Assembly: GCA_963662795.1 (NCBI GenBank)
Contig: OY759746.1
Coordinates: 2,848,001 to 2,912,000 of the forward strand
Length of the DNA: 64,000 nt
Direction: 5' to 3'
Source of the DNA: Spirochaetia bacterium
Lineage (GTDB): Bacteria; Spirochaetota; Spirochaetia; CADAEX01
Shown here: positions 1 to 9,275 of the stretch, one piece after another
Numbering within the stretch: position 1 is the stretch's first letter
Layout of the letters: each line of letters begins with the position of its first letter
The notes under the pieces: generated by a model
Databases searched by the model: none
Told to the model about the DNA's origin: nothing
What the model saw: the letters and a program-made list of their open reading frames with translations, nothing else
Program-made: the position numbers and the translations under genes

Positions 1-257
1 GCGGCAAGGTCGGGAATAATCTGCTCCATAATCGCAACAAGTTTGCCTGTATAGCCGTTTTCCGGCTGAGGGTTGTCGAAATTATGATGAATTTTAAAAT
101 AAGGTATTGTAACAGATTCTTTAATTTTTAAAAAAAAATCCTCATTCTGTGAAAAATGCATGGTATATGACGGTTCACGCTCTTTACATTTTTTAATAAT
201 TCCATTAATTTCATTATCAGTATGACAGATTGAAATTACATTTAAGATCTGATCCAT
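1..257 (-). CDS. Hypothetical protein, N-terminal part (runs off the window edge)
   Basis: ATG at 257, open frame MDQILNVISICHTDNEINGIIKKCKEREPSY... to position 1 with no stop; not in the ORF track. Confidence 0.65.
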   Translation of the reverse strand, partial: MDQILNVISICHTDNEINGIIKKCKEREPSYTMHFSQNEDFFLKIKESVTIPYFKIHHNFDNPQPENGYTGKLVAIMEQIIPDLA

Positions 258-315
258 ATTGATTTTAATATATACTTTAATTGTTAATCTTTCAACATCA
301 TTTAAAATTATGGGG

Positions 316-344
316 TTGACTCTGTTTTGATGCATTTGCATAAT
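316..344 (+). promoter_or_regulatory. Sigma70-type promoter for the bS22-like gene
   Basis: TTGACT-17 nt-CATAAT; SD AGGAGA at 371-376 downstream. Confidence 0.6.
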
Positions 345-382
345 GGTTGTTAGATTGGAATTGATAAATAAGGAGAGCTGCT

Positions 383-475
383 GTGCCTTGCGGAAGAAAG
401 AGAAAAAGACATAAAATTGCAACTCATAAAAGAAAGAAAAAACTCAGAAAGAACAGACACAAGAACAAAAAATAA
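383..475 (+). CDS. 30S ribosomal protein bS22 / AURKAIP1-COX24 (mS38) family small basic protein, 30 aa
   Basis: GTG start, SD AGGAGA, MPCGRKRKRHKIATHKRKKKLRKNRHKNKK*; matches the family pattern MPxGxKRKRHKxATHKRKKxLRKNRHK. Confidence 0.88.
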   Translation: MPCGRKRKRHKIATHKRKKKLRKNRHKNKK

Positions 476-700
476 ATCTGTTTACTCGACTGACAAGCAG
501 TTTTCTTGTCTATTAAAGCCCCGGAATGATATTATAAGCTATGTATTATAATCTCTTTTCGGGGTATTTTTATTTGAACTGTGATGCTGTTTTCAAGCCG
601 GCAGGTTTAAGTAGAATCAGATGAATTACGCTATACCGGGGCAGATAAAAGCAGCAGGATTCTTTCTGGTACAGATGAAAAATAGTTCAGGGGACATAAA

Positions 701-2599
701 TTGGATAAATCGATTTTAGAGGCAGTTAACCTTCCTGAAGATCTGAAAACTCTTTCAGTAAAGGAGTTAAAAAAACTGTCAGGTGAAATAAGAAATAAAA
801 TAATTGAAGTTGTAAGTGCAAACGGGGGGCATCTTGCGTCGAACCTCGGTGTAGTGGAGCTTACAATTGCCCTTCACAGGGTATTCAAATCTCCGGTTGA
901 TAAAATAATCTGGGATGTCGGCCATCAGTGTTATGCCCATAAAATACTTACCGGGCGGAAAGAGCAGTTTCATACCGTAAGGCAGTCCGGGGGGCTAAGC
1001 GGTTTTCCCAAAAGATCTGAAAGCATTCACGACCCGTTCAATACAGGCCACTCATCGACCTCCATTTCGGCCGGCCTCGGCCTTCTTACGGGGATGAATA
1101 TGCAGAACATCCCGGGTAAGGTGATTGCTGTAATCGGAGACGGCTCGATGACTGGCGGAATCGCTTTTGAAGCCATCAATCATGCCGGGCATCTGGGAAA
1201 AGAGCTGATTGTTGTCCTTAATGACAACAATATGTCAATAAGCGCAAATGTCGGGGCACTGTCGCTTTATTTAAGCAGGCTTACAACAACCCTGTTTTAT
1301 CAGACATTTAAAAGAAATTTTGACAATATTATAAAAAAAATCCCGCTGATAGGCGGTTTTTTAAATGATTCCATTGTCAGGTGCAAGAAAGGGGTAAAAG
1401 CGGTTTTTTTCAGGGAAAACCTTTTCTCTGATCTTGGATTTGAGTATGTAGGGCCTATTGACGGGCACAACATGGGGCAGCTGATAAATGTGCTTGAGAG
1501 TGTAAAAAAGATATCCAAACCGGTTGTAATTCATGTTTCCACTGTAAAAGGGAAGGGGTATGAACAGGCTGAAGGCGACCCTACCTTTTACCACGGCGTT
1601 TCTCCTTTTTCTTTGGTAGACGGAAAGGTGGAGAAGAAAAGCAGAATTACCTATACTGAAGCATTTTCATCCTCCCTCATTGAGTATGCCGGGAAGGATA
1701 AGAGGATCGTCGCTATTACTGCGGCAATGGCCGAAGGTACCGGGCTTAAAAATTTCAAGCTTAAATATCCGGATCGGTTTTTTGATGTCGGAATTACAGA
1801 ACAGCATGCCGTAACGTTTGCGGCAGGCCTTGCAGCATCCGGTATGAAGCCGGTCGTTGCAATATATTCAACATTTATGCAGAGAGCGGTAGATCAGGTA
1901 ATTCATGATACAGCGCTTCAGTCTCTGCCTGTGATATTTATTGTTGACAGGGCAGGTCTTATTGAAAACGACGGTGAGACGCATCAGGGTATTTTTGATA
2001 TTTCACTTTTCCGGAGTATCCCCAATCTTGAATTGCTTTCTCCCTATGATCAGGCTGATATGGGCAGGATGCTTGAATATGCCCTTAAATCTGAAAAACC
2101 TGTCATGATAAGGTTTCCCAAGGATATTGCTCCTGATCCGGTAGGCGGGTCTCACGAAGTGACTACAGGAAAGGGCCGTTTCCTGTATAAAAACACCTCG
2201 GAAATACTTTTAATTGGACATGGCGGAATACTTTCCTCTATCAGTGAGGCAGGTTTTCTCCTGAGCAGGAAAGGGATAGAAAATGATATTTATAATCTTT
2301 GTTTTTTAAAACCTCTTGATGAAGACTATCTGTGTGAACTGATTTCCGGTTACAGAAAGGTTTACCTGTTTGAGGATAATACAGAAATCAACGGAACAGG
2401 TGAGCATCTCGCATCACTTTTATACAGGAGAAAGATAAAAACAGAATTCCTGTACAGGGGTATTGGTGATTATTTCCCTGAGCATGGCTCAAGAAAGGAG
2501 CTGATTAAAAGCTGCAGGCTTGATGCGCAGAGTATCTTTGATTTTATTGTTGAGGGTGAAAATGCTTCCGGAAAAAATAAAGCTGCCAAAAAAATTTGA
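701..2599 (+). CDS. dxs: 1-deoxy-D-xylulose-5-phosphate synthase
   Basis: GGHLASNLGVVELT, WDVGHQ, GHSSTSIS, GDGSMTGG..NDN TPP motif, DRAG, DGETHQG. Confidence 0.97.
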   Translation: MDKSILEAVNLPEDLKTLSVKELKKLSGEIRNKIIEVVSANGGHLASNLGVVELTIALHRVFKSPVDKIIWDVGHQCYAHKILTGRKEQFHTVRQSGGLSGFPKRSESIHDPFNTGHSSTSISAGLGLLTGMNMQNIPGKVIAVIGDGSMTGGIAFEAINHAGHLGKELIVVLNDNNMSISANVGALSLYLSRLTTTLFYQTFKRNFDNIIKKIPLIGGFLNDSIVRCKKGVKAVFFRENLFSDLGFEYVGPIDGHNMGQLINVLESVKKISKPVVIHVSTVKGKGYEQAEGDPTFYHGVSPFSLVDGKVEKKSRITYTEAFSSSLIEYAGKDKRIVAITAAMAEGTGLKNFKLKYPDRFFDVGITEQHAVTFAAGLAASGMKPVVAIYSTFMQRAVDQVIHDTALQSLPVIFIVDRAGLIENDGETHQGIFDISLFRSIPNLELLSPYDQADMGRMLEYALKSEKPVMIRFPKDIAPDPVGGSHEVTTGKGRFLYKNTSEILLIGHGGILSSISEAGFLLSRKGIENDIYNLCFLKPLDEDYLCELISGYRKVYLFEDNTEINGTGEHLASLLYRRKIKTEFLYRGIGDYFPEHGSRKELIKSCRLDAQSIFDFIVEGENASGKNKAAKKI

Positions 2600-3545
2600 C
2601 AGTGATGAACTTATTCCTCCCAATATGGATTATCCCTATTTTGAAAGGGTAAGACATACCGGATTTTTGTATGAAGAAGATGAATTCTCACTTGAAAACG
2701 CATGTTTTCTCTCTGAGTCTGCGTTGCTTGCCTATTGCCACCCTTCCTTTGTAAAATATGCTTTTTATTATGCAGGCCTTTATGACTACCGTCCGTTTAT
2801 CGGAAAGAAGGTTGCCAGGTGTTTTACTGCCGGCTGCAGCGATTATCTTGTAGTATCATTCCGCGGCACAGAGATGAAAGGATTAAGATCTGTTCCCGGG
2901 TTTATTGCTGATCTGAAAATAGCAATGAAAAAGGAGAAAAGCGGCGGTCTTGTTCATTCAGGTTTCAGGGAAGTGCTGGATGAGATATGGGAAGGGGAAG
3001 ATATGCTTTACCGGTATCTCTCTGACGGGAAAAATAAAAATCCTCACCTTCGGATTTTTTTTACCGGTCACAGCCTCGGCGGCGCGCTTGCTTTAATTGC
3101 CGCATCAAGGTTTCCGGATGCAGACTGTGTTTATACCTACGGATGCCCAAGGGCAGGCAACAGGGTTTTTGCCGACTCAATTAAATCGAGGGTGTACAGG
3201 ATTGTAAACAATAATGATATTGTTACTACCGTTCCTTCAAAAAAAATACTTTTTGCCAAAACAGGCGAGGAATATACCCACAAGGGAATGCTCAAATTCA
3301 TTGATGAAAAAGGGAAATTGAAGGATAAAATACTGAATAAATTTGCAGCAGACAATGGAATTAAGGAAAAGGAAATATTTCTGACACTTGGGGTTGAGGA
3401 ACTATTAATATATCTTGGAAAAACAAGAAGAATGGACTTTTTTGATCATTCCCCGTTTTATTATGCTGCAAAACTCTGGAATGCATATAGAGAAATAAAC
3501 CGGGGCGGGTCCGGAAAGTCTTCTCAGCCTCTCCAGAGTCCCTGA
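2562..3545 (+). CDS. Class 3 lipase / alpha-beta hydrolase
   Basis: VSFRGT, VHSGF, TGHSLGG nucleophile elbow, YTYGCPRAGN, NNNDIVT, DH; start moved to ATG 2562 behind a GAGGGTG SD-like sequence. Confidence 0.85.
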   Translation: MLPEKIKLPKKFDSDELIPPNMDYPYFERVRHTGFLYEEDEFSLENACFLSESALLAYCHPSFVKYAFYYAGLYDYRPFIGKKVARCFTAGCSDYLVVSFRGTEMKGLRSVPGFIADLKIAMKKEKSGGLVHSGFREVLDEIWEGEDMLYRYLSDGKNKNPHLRIFFTGHSLGGALALIAASRFPDADCVYTYGCPRAGNRVFADSIKSRVYRIVNNNDIVTTVPSKKILFAKTGEEYTHKGMLKFIDEKGKLKDKILNKFAADNGIKEKEIFLTLGVEELLIYLGKTRRMDFFDHSPFYYAAKLWNAYREINRGGSGKSSQPLQSP

Positions 3546-4825
3546 CCAGGGTTGGAAATATAGTAGATTTCTTCCCCTTTTAGATTATTAAATCCTTCTT
3601 CAAGATTGGAAGGATTATATTGATCCGGCACTCTTTCCGGTGCGGTATAATCATATCCTGACTTCAATACCTCTTCCTTCCCGATTTTCCCCGGGCACCA
3701 TGTTATTTTGAATCTGCCTTCGGATGAACCGTGTATCAGGTGGGCGGCAGCTGACAGGTTTTCCTTTAAATCATTATTGGCTTCAACTGCTTTTGTTATA
3801 GCCTCTTTTCCCATGTATCCGTATTTGCGGATTATTGAATCAAGTGTTTTATCCTCTCCGAACATGCTGACCTGTGGTGCAACTATCAGCAGCTCCCCTC
3901 CGTCAGCGGCCGCGAGTCTGCTCCGGTATATTGCCTTGTTGCCTATCCACATGCTTTTTATGTTGTTATCAAGTGAAACAACTATTTTTGCGGGTTTTTT
4001 CCTGAGAGTGAATATATTTTCCTTTTCAGAGGCCTTGCATGCCCTCTGGTAACAATCTTTGCCATAGCCCGCAAAAATACCTTTAATCCCGTACATTCTG
4101 CCGTTTACAGAACCTCTTTTGCCTTCGGGTCCGCCTTTGCCGCCGCCCGGGTTTTCACTGCCGCTGCCGCATACCGTAAGGATATAAAATATGTCCCTGT
4201 CCGGAAGAAAATTATTTTCCGCATAGTCGAATAAATCGCGGACAGGGTTTTCGCTCCTGCCCATAATATTTTCCATTCCATAAACCGCACTCAGGTAGTG
4301 CGAAAGGTTGATTATCTCACTTCCCCCTGTCCCTATAATAATATTCTTGTTGTGATTTGCCATTCCGGCTACTTCATGCGGAACTACCTGTCCTATAGAA
4401 ACAATGGATGAATATTCAGAACTTAACACTTCATTATTAAGCCACACTGGAATTGAATATCCGCATATACCTGTTTTCTCCCTGATAAAATCCTCAGGAA
4501 TTGTTCCCGCATGGCAAAGATCCTTTTTCCAGTCATGTATTGCAAAAAGACTATCCGGTATCTCTCCGAACATTGTCTTCTTTTCCTGATTGGTCATGGG
4601 GCTGTGGGTTCCTGTCGCGGGAATGATCTTTTTAATCCTGCTTCCTGTCCCGGAATTATAGAGCATCTGTGAAAGCATGCCGGCACCGGATGAAAAACGG
4701 GAGATATCAGGGGGCAGAAGAAGTATATTACCCTTTTTTTTAAGTACCCTTGTGATTTTTTCCATGAACGCCGATATTTCAGATTTATCAAGAAGATCGG
4801 CACTGTTGTAAATTTCCAGGGTCAT
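3524..4825 (-). CDS. LarA (lactate racemase) superfamily protein, putative nickel-pincer hydroxy-acid racemase/epimerase
   Basis: PPDISR, PATGTH, HDW, VVPHEVAGMANHNK, GGELLIVAP, AHLIHGS motifs. Confidence 0.75.
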   Translation of the reverse strand: MTLEIYNSADLLDKSEISAFMEKITRVLKKKGNILLLPPDISRFSSGAGMLSQMLYNSGTGSRIKKIIPATGTHSPMTNQEKKTMFGEIPDSLFAIHDWKKDLCHAGTIPEDFIREKTGICGYSIPVWLNNEVLSSEYSSIVSIGQVVPHEVAGMANHNKNIIIGTGGSEIINLSHYLSAVYGMENIMGRSENPVRDLFDYAENNFLPDRDIFYILTVCGSGSENPGGGKGGPEGKRGSVNGRMYGIKGIFAGYGKDCYQRACKASEKENIFTLRKKPAKIVVSLDNNIKSMWIGNKAIYRSRLAAADGGELLIVAPQVSMFGEDKTLDSIIRKYGYMGKEAITKAVEANNDLKENLSAAAHLIHGSSEGRFKITWCPGKIGKEEVLKSGYDYTAPERVPDQYNPSNLEEGFNNLKGEEIYYISNPGQGLWRG

Positions 4826-4911
4826 TATGTTTCCTACTCAGTAATAATTACATTATTCTGGACATAATGATTGAAAAAAAACAATAGTTAATATACTATA
4901 TTTGTGAATAA

Positions 4912-5100
<189 letters not shown>

Positions 5101-5145
5101 TGCCCTGACTGCCGGCACTGTTAATATCCGGTGCCTTTAAAATAT

Positions 5146-5197
5146 AAGCTGCCCTGCTGCTGCGCTTAGGTGTATGGAGAGCCGGCAGCTTTTTTTT
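5146..5197 (+). terminator. Probable intrinsic terminator after the ferredoxin gene
   Basis: AAGCTGCC/GGCAGCTT stem with an unusually long loop, followed by a T8 run. Confidence 0.5.
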
Positions 5198-5260
5198 GCG
5201 CTCCTGCATGTTCTTAAACCATGTATGAGTGCCGCACCTGAGCCGCAACTGCTTCTGATT

Positions 5261-6766
5261 CTACTGCCAGACCCCGTTCAGGTTTTTCATTCCCATTTCT
5301 GATTTTAGAATATTCTGAAGACCCATGTTCATTTTTATGGAAACACCATTCATCACATCTTCAGGATTGTCATCAAAAAATTCTGCAATTTTCCCCGGGC
5401 GGCTTATTAATAGATTTTCCATAAAAAGCTTGGAGGCAAGAAATCGTTTATACTTGTCAACGCCGAAAATCAAAAAATCATCAAGAATCCCGATTACTTC
5501 CCATGTTGTCTGCTCTGCCTGTGAATATCTGCCTGCATCCTTTTCCTGGTCGCTGATCCTGAGCGGAAGACTTTCAATTATTCTGTCGATATTGTTTATC
5601 AGATATTCGAGATTAAAAAGGCCAGTTGCGCAGTTAAAAAGAATCAGTTCCCCCTGCTTTTCCCTGTTTTCAACATCCTTGACCGAAATTGCAGGCCCGA
5701 TATCTACACAGTTGATCCTTTCTCTCTCATCGTAAACAAGGATTCCCCCTTTAACATCAACCGGTGTCTTGAAGGAAAAATCGAAAGCCGCCTGTTTGCC
5801 GGACAGGGCAAGGACTGCCACTTCAGCGAAATCAATATTGAACCCTATATTGTCTACATTGCCCAGATAAACAAACCGCTTGCCCTCATCATATAACTTC
5901 CTGTAAACATCTTTTAAAACCTGGAAATTCTGGCCATGCCCCCCCGGCAGCGGTATCATCTCTCCCTTTTTCCCCCATGCGTTTGTAAAGAAATCTCTTT
6001 TTTTCCCTTCCGATGAGTGGGTGAAAGCAGGGATCATCGGCTGTATCCCTGTAAGGGGTGAAGTCAGGTCTGCTCCGGTTTCTTCGATGAGTTTTTCAAG
6101 CAGAGGGCTTTCCCCGTATTCCTTAAATCTTTTTTCTATCAGCGTATTATTGCTGCAGCTTGTCATCTGGAACAGGTGGTGCGAGAAATCCGCATTTCCC
6201 ACATTCTCCCGGTATTTTTTTATCTTTAGAAGGATTGATCTCATTTTCAGTTCTGTAAAACTGTGTCCTTCCGAATAGTCCCTGTTGATGTAAGCCGGCG
6301 CCAGCCCTTTGGGAGAGTTTCTGTATTTATCTGAAAATTTGTCGAATAATCCCTTGCAGCACCTGAACAGCGGTCTGTTGAATGATTCATTTCGGAGGTA
6401 ATCTATGTAACTTGTCGCAGATCCGCCGTTTAATATGCCAAGCGATGTGAACGGAAGAAGGTGGAGTCCGATTTCTTCAAGTTCTTCCCTGTTAAGTATA
6501 AGTTTGCCGTTTTTTGATTTTTGATCCGGGATTGTTATTGTGTCTGTAAGATTTTCAAGATTCTTTCTTGCAGTTTCAAAGCTTCCTTCCCATCTTATAG
6601 TGCCTGATATATCTACAATTGTTTTTCCGTCAAAAGAAGGGATCCCTTTTACCGCAACTGGTTCGCTGTTTCTGAAATCAGGATTATTAATTATTTCAAG
6701 CAGATGCTCTGACATCTGCGGGTCGATATTGTTTTTAAGCATAACGGAGATTAGATTTTCATCCAT
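5261..6766 (-). CDS. UTP--glucose-1-phosphate uridylyltransferase, UDPGP (eukaryote-like) family
   Basis: LNGGSATSY, PKG, PGGHG, GNVDN, DVKGG, FNCATG, QAEQ, RFLASK motifs. Confidence 0.85.
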   Translation of the reverse strand: MDENLISVMLKNNIDPQMSEHLLEIINNPDFRNSEPVAVKGIPSFDGKTIVDISGTIRWEGSFETARKNLENLTDTITIPDQKSKNGKLILNREELEEIGLHLLPFTSLGILNGGSATSYIDYLRNESFNRPLFRCCKGLFDKFSDKYRNSPKGLAPAYINRDYSEGHSFTELKMRSILLKIKKYRENVGNADFSHHLFQMTSCSNNTLIEKRFKEYGESPLLEKLIEETGADLTSPLTGIQPMIPAFTHSSEGKKRDFFTNAWGKKGEMIPLPGGHGQNFQVLKDVYRKLYDEGKRFVYLGNVDNIGFNIDFAEVAVLALSGKQAAFDFSFKTPVDVKGGILVYDERERINCVDIGPAISVKDVENREKQGELILFNCATGLFNLEYLINNIDRIIESLPLRISDQEKDAGRYSQAEQTTWEVIGILDDFLIFGVDKYKRFLASKLFMENLLISRPGKIAEFFDDNPEDVMNGVSIKMNMGLQNILKSEMGMKNLNGVWQ

Positions 6767-6839
6767 TTTGTTTCACCTTTGCGCATTATCAATATAGTTT
6801 CAATATGGGAATTCATGATAATGATGAATAGGGTAAAAG

Positions 6840-7316
6840 TCAATCTTGATGAATTTCTTCATTCATGAAGAGAAAATGGAGTTCTTCTTTTGATATCTGG
6901 GTATCAGGCTGGTATAAAAATTGTTTTCTTCCCAGTTTTTTCTGTATTTCCTGGGAGCTGATTTTATATAATTCAAGAATTTCCTTGAAGTCTTCAGTAA
7001 AAGGTTCAAACATTACAGACTGTTTGTATTTATATTTTTTTATATTTTCAAGAAGCATGATTGCACTATCCTTGACGCTTTTTATCCTTTTAATTATGTG
7101 GACAAAATCGTTTTCCGTTATTGTAATTCTGCCAAGGTTTCTCTCTATTCTGGTCAATGTATTGTTTATAAAAAAAATATCCTCAATGCACTTGTTTCTG
7201 TAAAGATTTGTATCAATATCAGAATCAAGTGTATCGTTTATAAACGCGATCATTCTTATCAGAATATCAAGGTCCGCCATTATTGTTTTTTGTTCATCAG
7301 GAATAGTTATAATCAT
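6840..7316 (-). CDS. Hypothetical helical protein
   Basis: 158-aa ORF co-oriented with the UGPase gene; no recognised motif. Confidence 0.7.
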   Translation of the reverse strand: MIITIPDEQKTIMADLDILIRMIAFINDTLDSDIDTNLYRNKCIEDIFFINNTLTRIERNLGRITITENDFVHIIKRIKSVKDSAIMLLENIKKYKYKQSVMFEPFTEDFKEILELYKISSQEIQKKLGRKQFLYQPDTQISKEELHFLFMNEEIHQD

Positions 7317-7390
7317 AATATCTCTGTTATTTTCTTCGGAATAAAATGAATTGTACTTGATAATATATCCTTTTCAGATAAATATTATTT

Positions 7391-9256
7391 ATGCCTGATT
7401 TGTGTACAACTGGAAGAAAAATTATAATTTTTTGCATATTGATAATATTATCTTCAACCGTATCAGTTTTTGCCGATCCGGAAAAAATGATTTCCAATGG
7501 AATGACTTATTATTCCATAAACAGGAACAGGGGTTTTGAAATATCAACTGACAGGGGTTTTACCTGGAAAGCATTGAATAAAGGACTCCCTGATAAAATT
7601 GTATATCCATTCAATTCTTCAGAAAAACGGAATCTTACATCATTTTCAATTGATCATGATAATCCATCCATCCTGTGCGCAACGACAATTGATACTCTTT
7701 ATGTTACAGCAGACGACGGGATGCAGTGGAAAACCGTTCATCCGGTTTATCCGGTAAAAAAATCATATTATCTTACTGCGTCATCTGTTGCCGGAAAGGA
7801 TGGGAGAAATATACTGCTTGGAACATCCTTCAGCGGAATTTTTGAGTCATCAAACGGGGGTAAGTCCTGGACTTCGTATGCGGAAAGGATGGAAAAATTT
7901 GCCCGCGGGGCAGGGTTTTATGAGGATATATCCGCGCTTGAATACGGCGCTGATGAGGGCAGCTTCTTTATGGCAACAGGATATACTGCGGAAATATTTT
8001 TCTACAGAAAAGCTGATTCAACCTGGAGCAGCATCAGTGTCCCTGATTTAATAAAAAAACACGGTATTTCTTCAATGAGTTTTGATCCAGCCGGCAGTAT
8101 ACTTCATGTGTACAGCGGAAGCTATAAGTATTCATACGACAGCAGAGAATCACGATGGTTAAGCAGTTCAGTGAAACTCCCCTTTAAGGTTATATATGAA
8201 GATAAAAATAAAACCGCCAGAAAAGAGAAGGCGTCATTGAAAAAAGGGATTTATCTTTCTTCCCTTAATGCTGCAAGCAGGAGAATAGATAATTATTTTA
8301 CATTCCTGCTTGATAACAGAATGAATTCTGTTGTTGTTGATTTCAAGGATGATAATGGATTTGTAACTTACAATACCGGCAACAAAACCGCACTTGATGC
8401 AGGTGCAGTACGAAAACACATAAACGCATCAGATTTTATATCAAAAGCCCACAGCAGGGGCATTTATGTAATAGCCCGAATAGTTGTTTTCAAGGACAGG
8501 CAGCTTTTTTCCTGGGATTCAGGCAAATACGCCCTATGGGATGAAACAACAGATTCACCATGGGGTAATTTGGTTAAAACAGGTGAAGAATCTTTGGAGC
8601 AGAAAGAATTCTGGGTAGATCCCTATTCCATGTTTGTATGGGATTATAATATTGCATTGGCACAGGAACTACAGGCTCTCGGCGCTGATGAGATACAGTT
8701 TGACTATATCCGTTTTCCTACTGAGGGAAATCTTCAGCAGATAAAATACAGGCATAAAAAAGAGGGAATGAACAGAAGCGAAGCGCTTGAATCATTTTTA
8801 ATTAAAGTACGGGAAAAAATAACAATACCAGTAAGCACAGATCTCTATGGTTTTAATGCCTGGTACAGGATGGGAAACTGGAACGGTCAGCAGATTGATA
8901 TGTTCGCTGATTACGTTGATGTTATCTGTCCGATGTTTTATCCCTCTCATTTCCCTTCCGCTTTTCTTGAAGATCTTCCCTCCAATGAAAAGGCTGAAAA
9001 AATCTACGAAGAGGGTACTTCGCGTGCCGGCTTTAATGCCGGCAGCAGAAGTCTGATAAGACCCTATGTGCAGGCTTTTCTTATCGGAAGTGAAAGATCT
9101 TTTGAGCAGCCGCAATATTCGAATTATCTGAACATGCAGATAAAAGGCCTTTCCGAGGCTGGATCTTCAGGATTTACCTTGTGGAACGCCTCAGGCAGTT
9201 ATTATATGGTAAATGAAAGCATGAAATATTTTATACAATCTATCACGGGATCCTGA
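7391..9256 (+). CDS. Exported putative glycoside hydrolase (DUF4015-like TIM barrel) with an N-terminal Asp-box/beta-propeller region
   Basis: Signal peptide; SxDxGxxW Asp-boxes (STDRGFTW, TADDGMQW, SSNGGKSW); VVDFKDDNG, IARIVVFKD, DEIQFDYIRFP, PMFYPSH, RPYVQAF. Confidence 0.8.
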   Translation: MPDLCTTGRKIIIFCILIILSSTVSVFADPEKMISNGMTYYSINRNRGFEISTDRGFTWKALNKGLPDKIVYPFNSSEKRNLTSFSIDHDNPSILCATTIDTLYVTADDGMQWKTVHPVYPVKKSYYLTASSVAGKDGRNILLGTSFSGIFESSNGGKSWTSYAERMEKFARGAGFYEDISALEYGADEGSFFMATGYTAEIFFYRKADSTWSSISVPDLIKKHGISSMSFDPAGSILHVYSGSYKYSYDSRESRWLSSSVKLPFKVIYEDKNKTARKEKASLKKGIYLSSLNAASRRIDNYFTFLLDNRMNSVVVDFKDDNGFVTYNTGNKTALDAGAVRKHINASDFISKAHSRGIYVIARIVVFKDRQLFSWDSGKYALWDETTDSPWGNLVKTGEESLEQKEFWVDPYSMFVWDYNIALAQELQALGADEIQFDYIRFPTEGNLQQIKYRHKKEGMNRSEALESFLIKVREKITIPVSTDLYGFNAWYRMGNWNGQQIDMFADYVDVICPMFYPSHFPSAFLEDLPSNEKAEKIYEEGTSRAGFNAGSRSLIRPYVQAFLIGSERSFEQPQYSNYLNMQIKGLSEAGSSGFTLWNASGSYYMVNESMKYFIQSITGS

Positions 9257-9275
9257 GCCTTATAGTCCTTCAATT

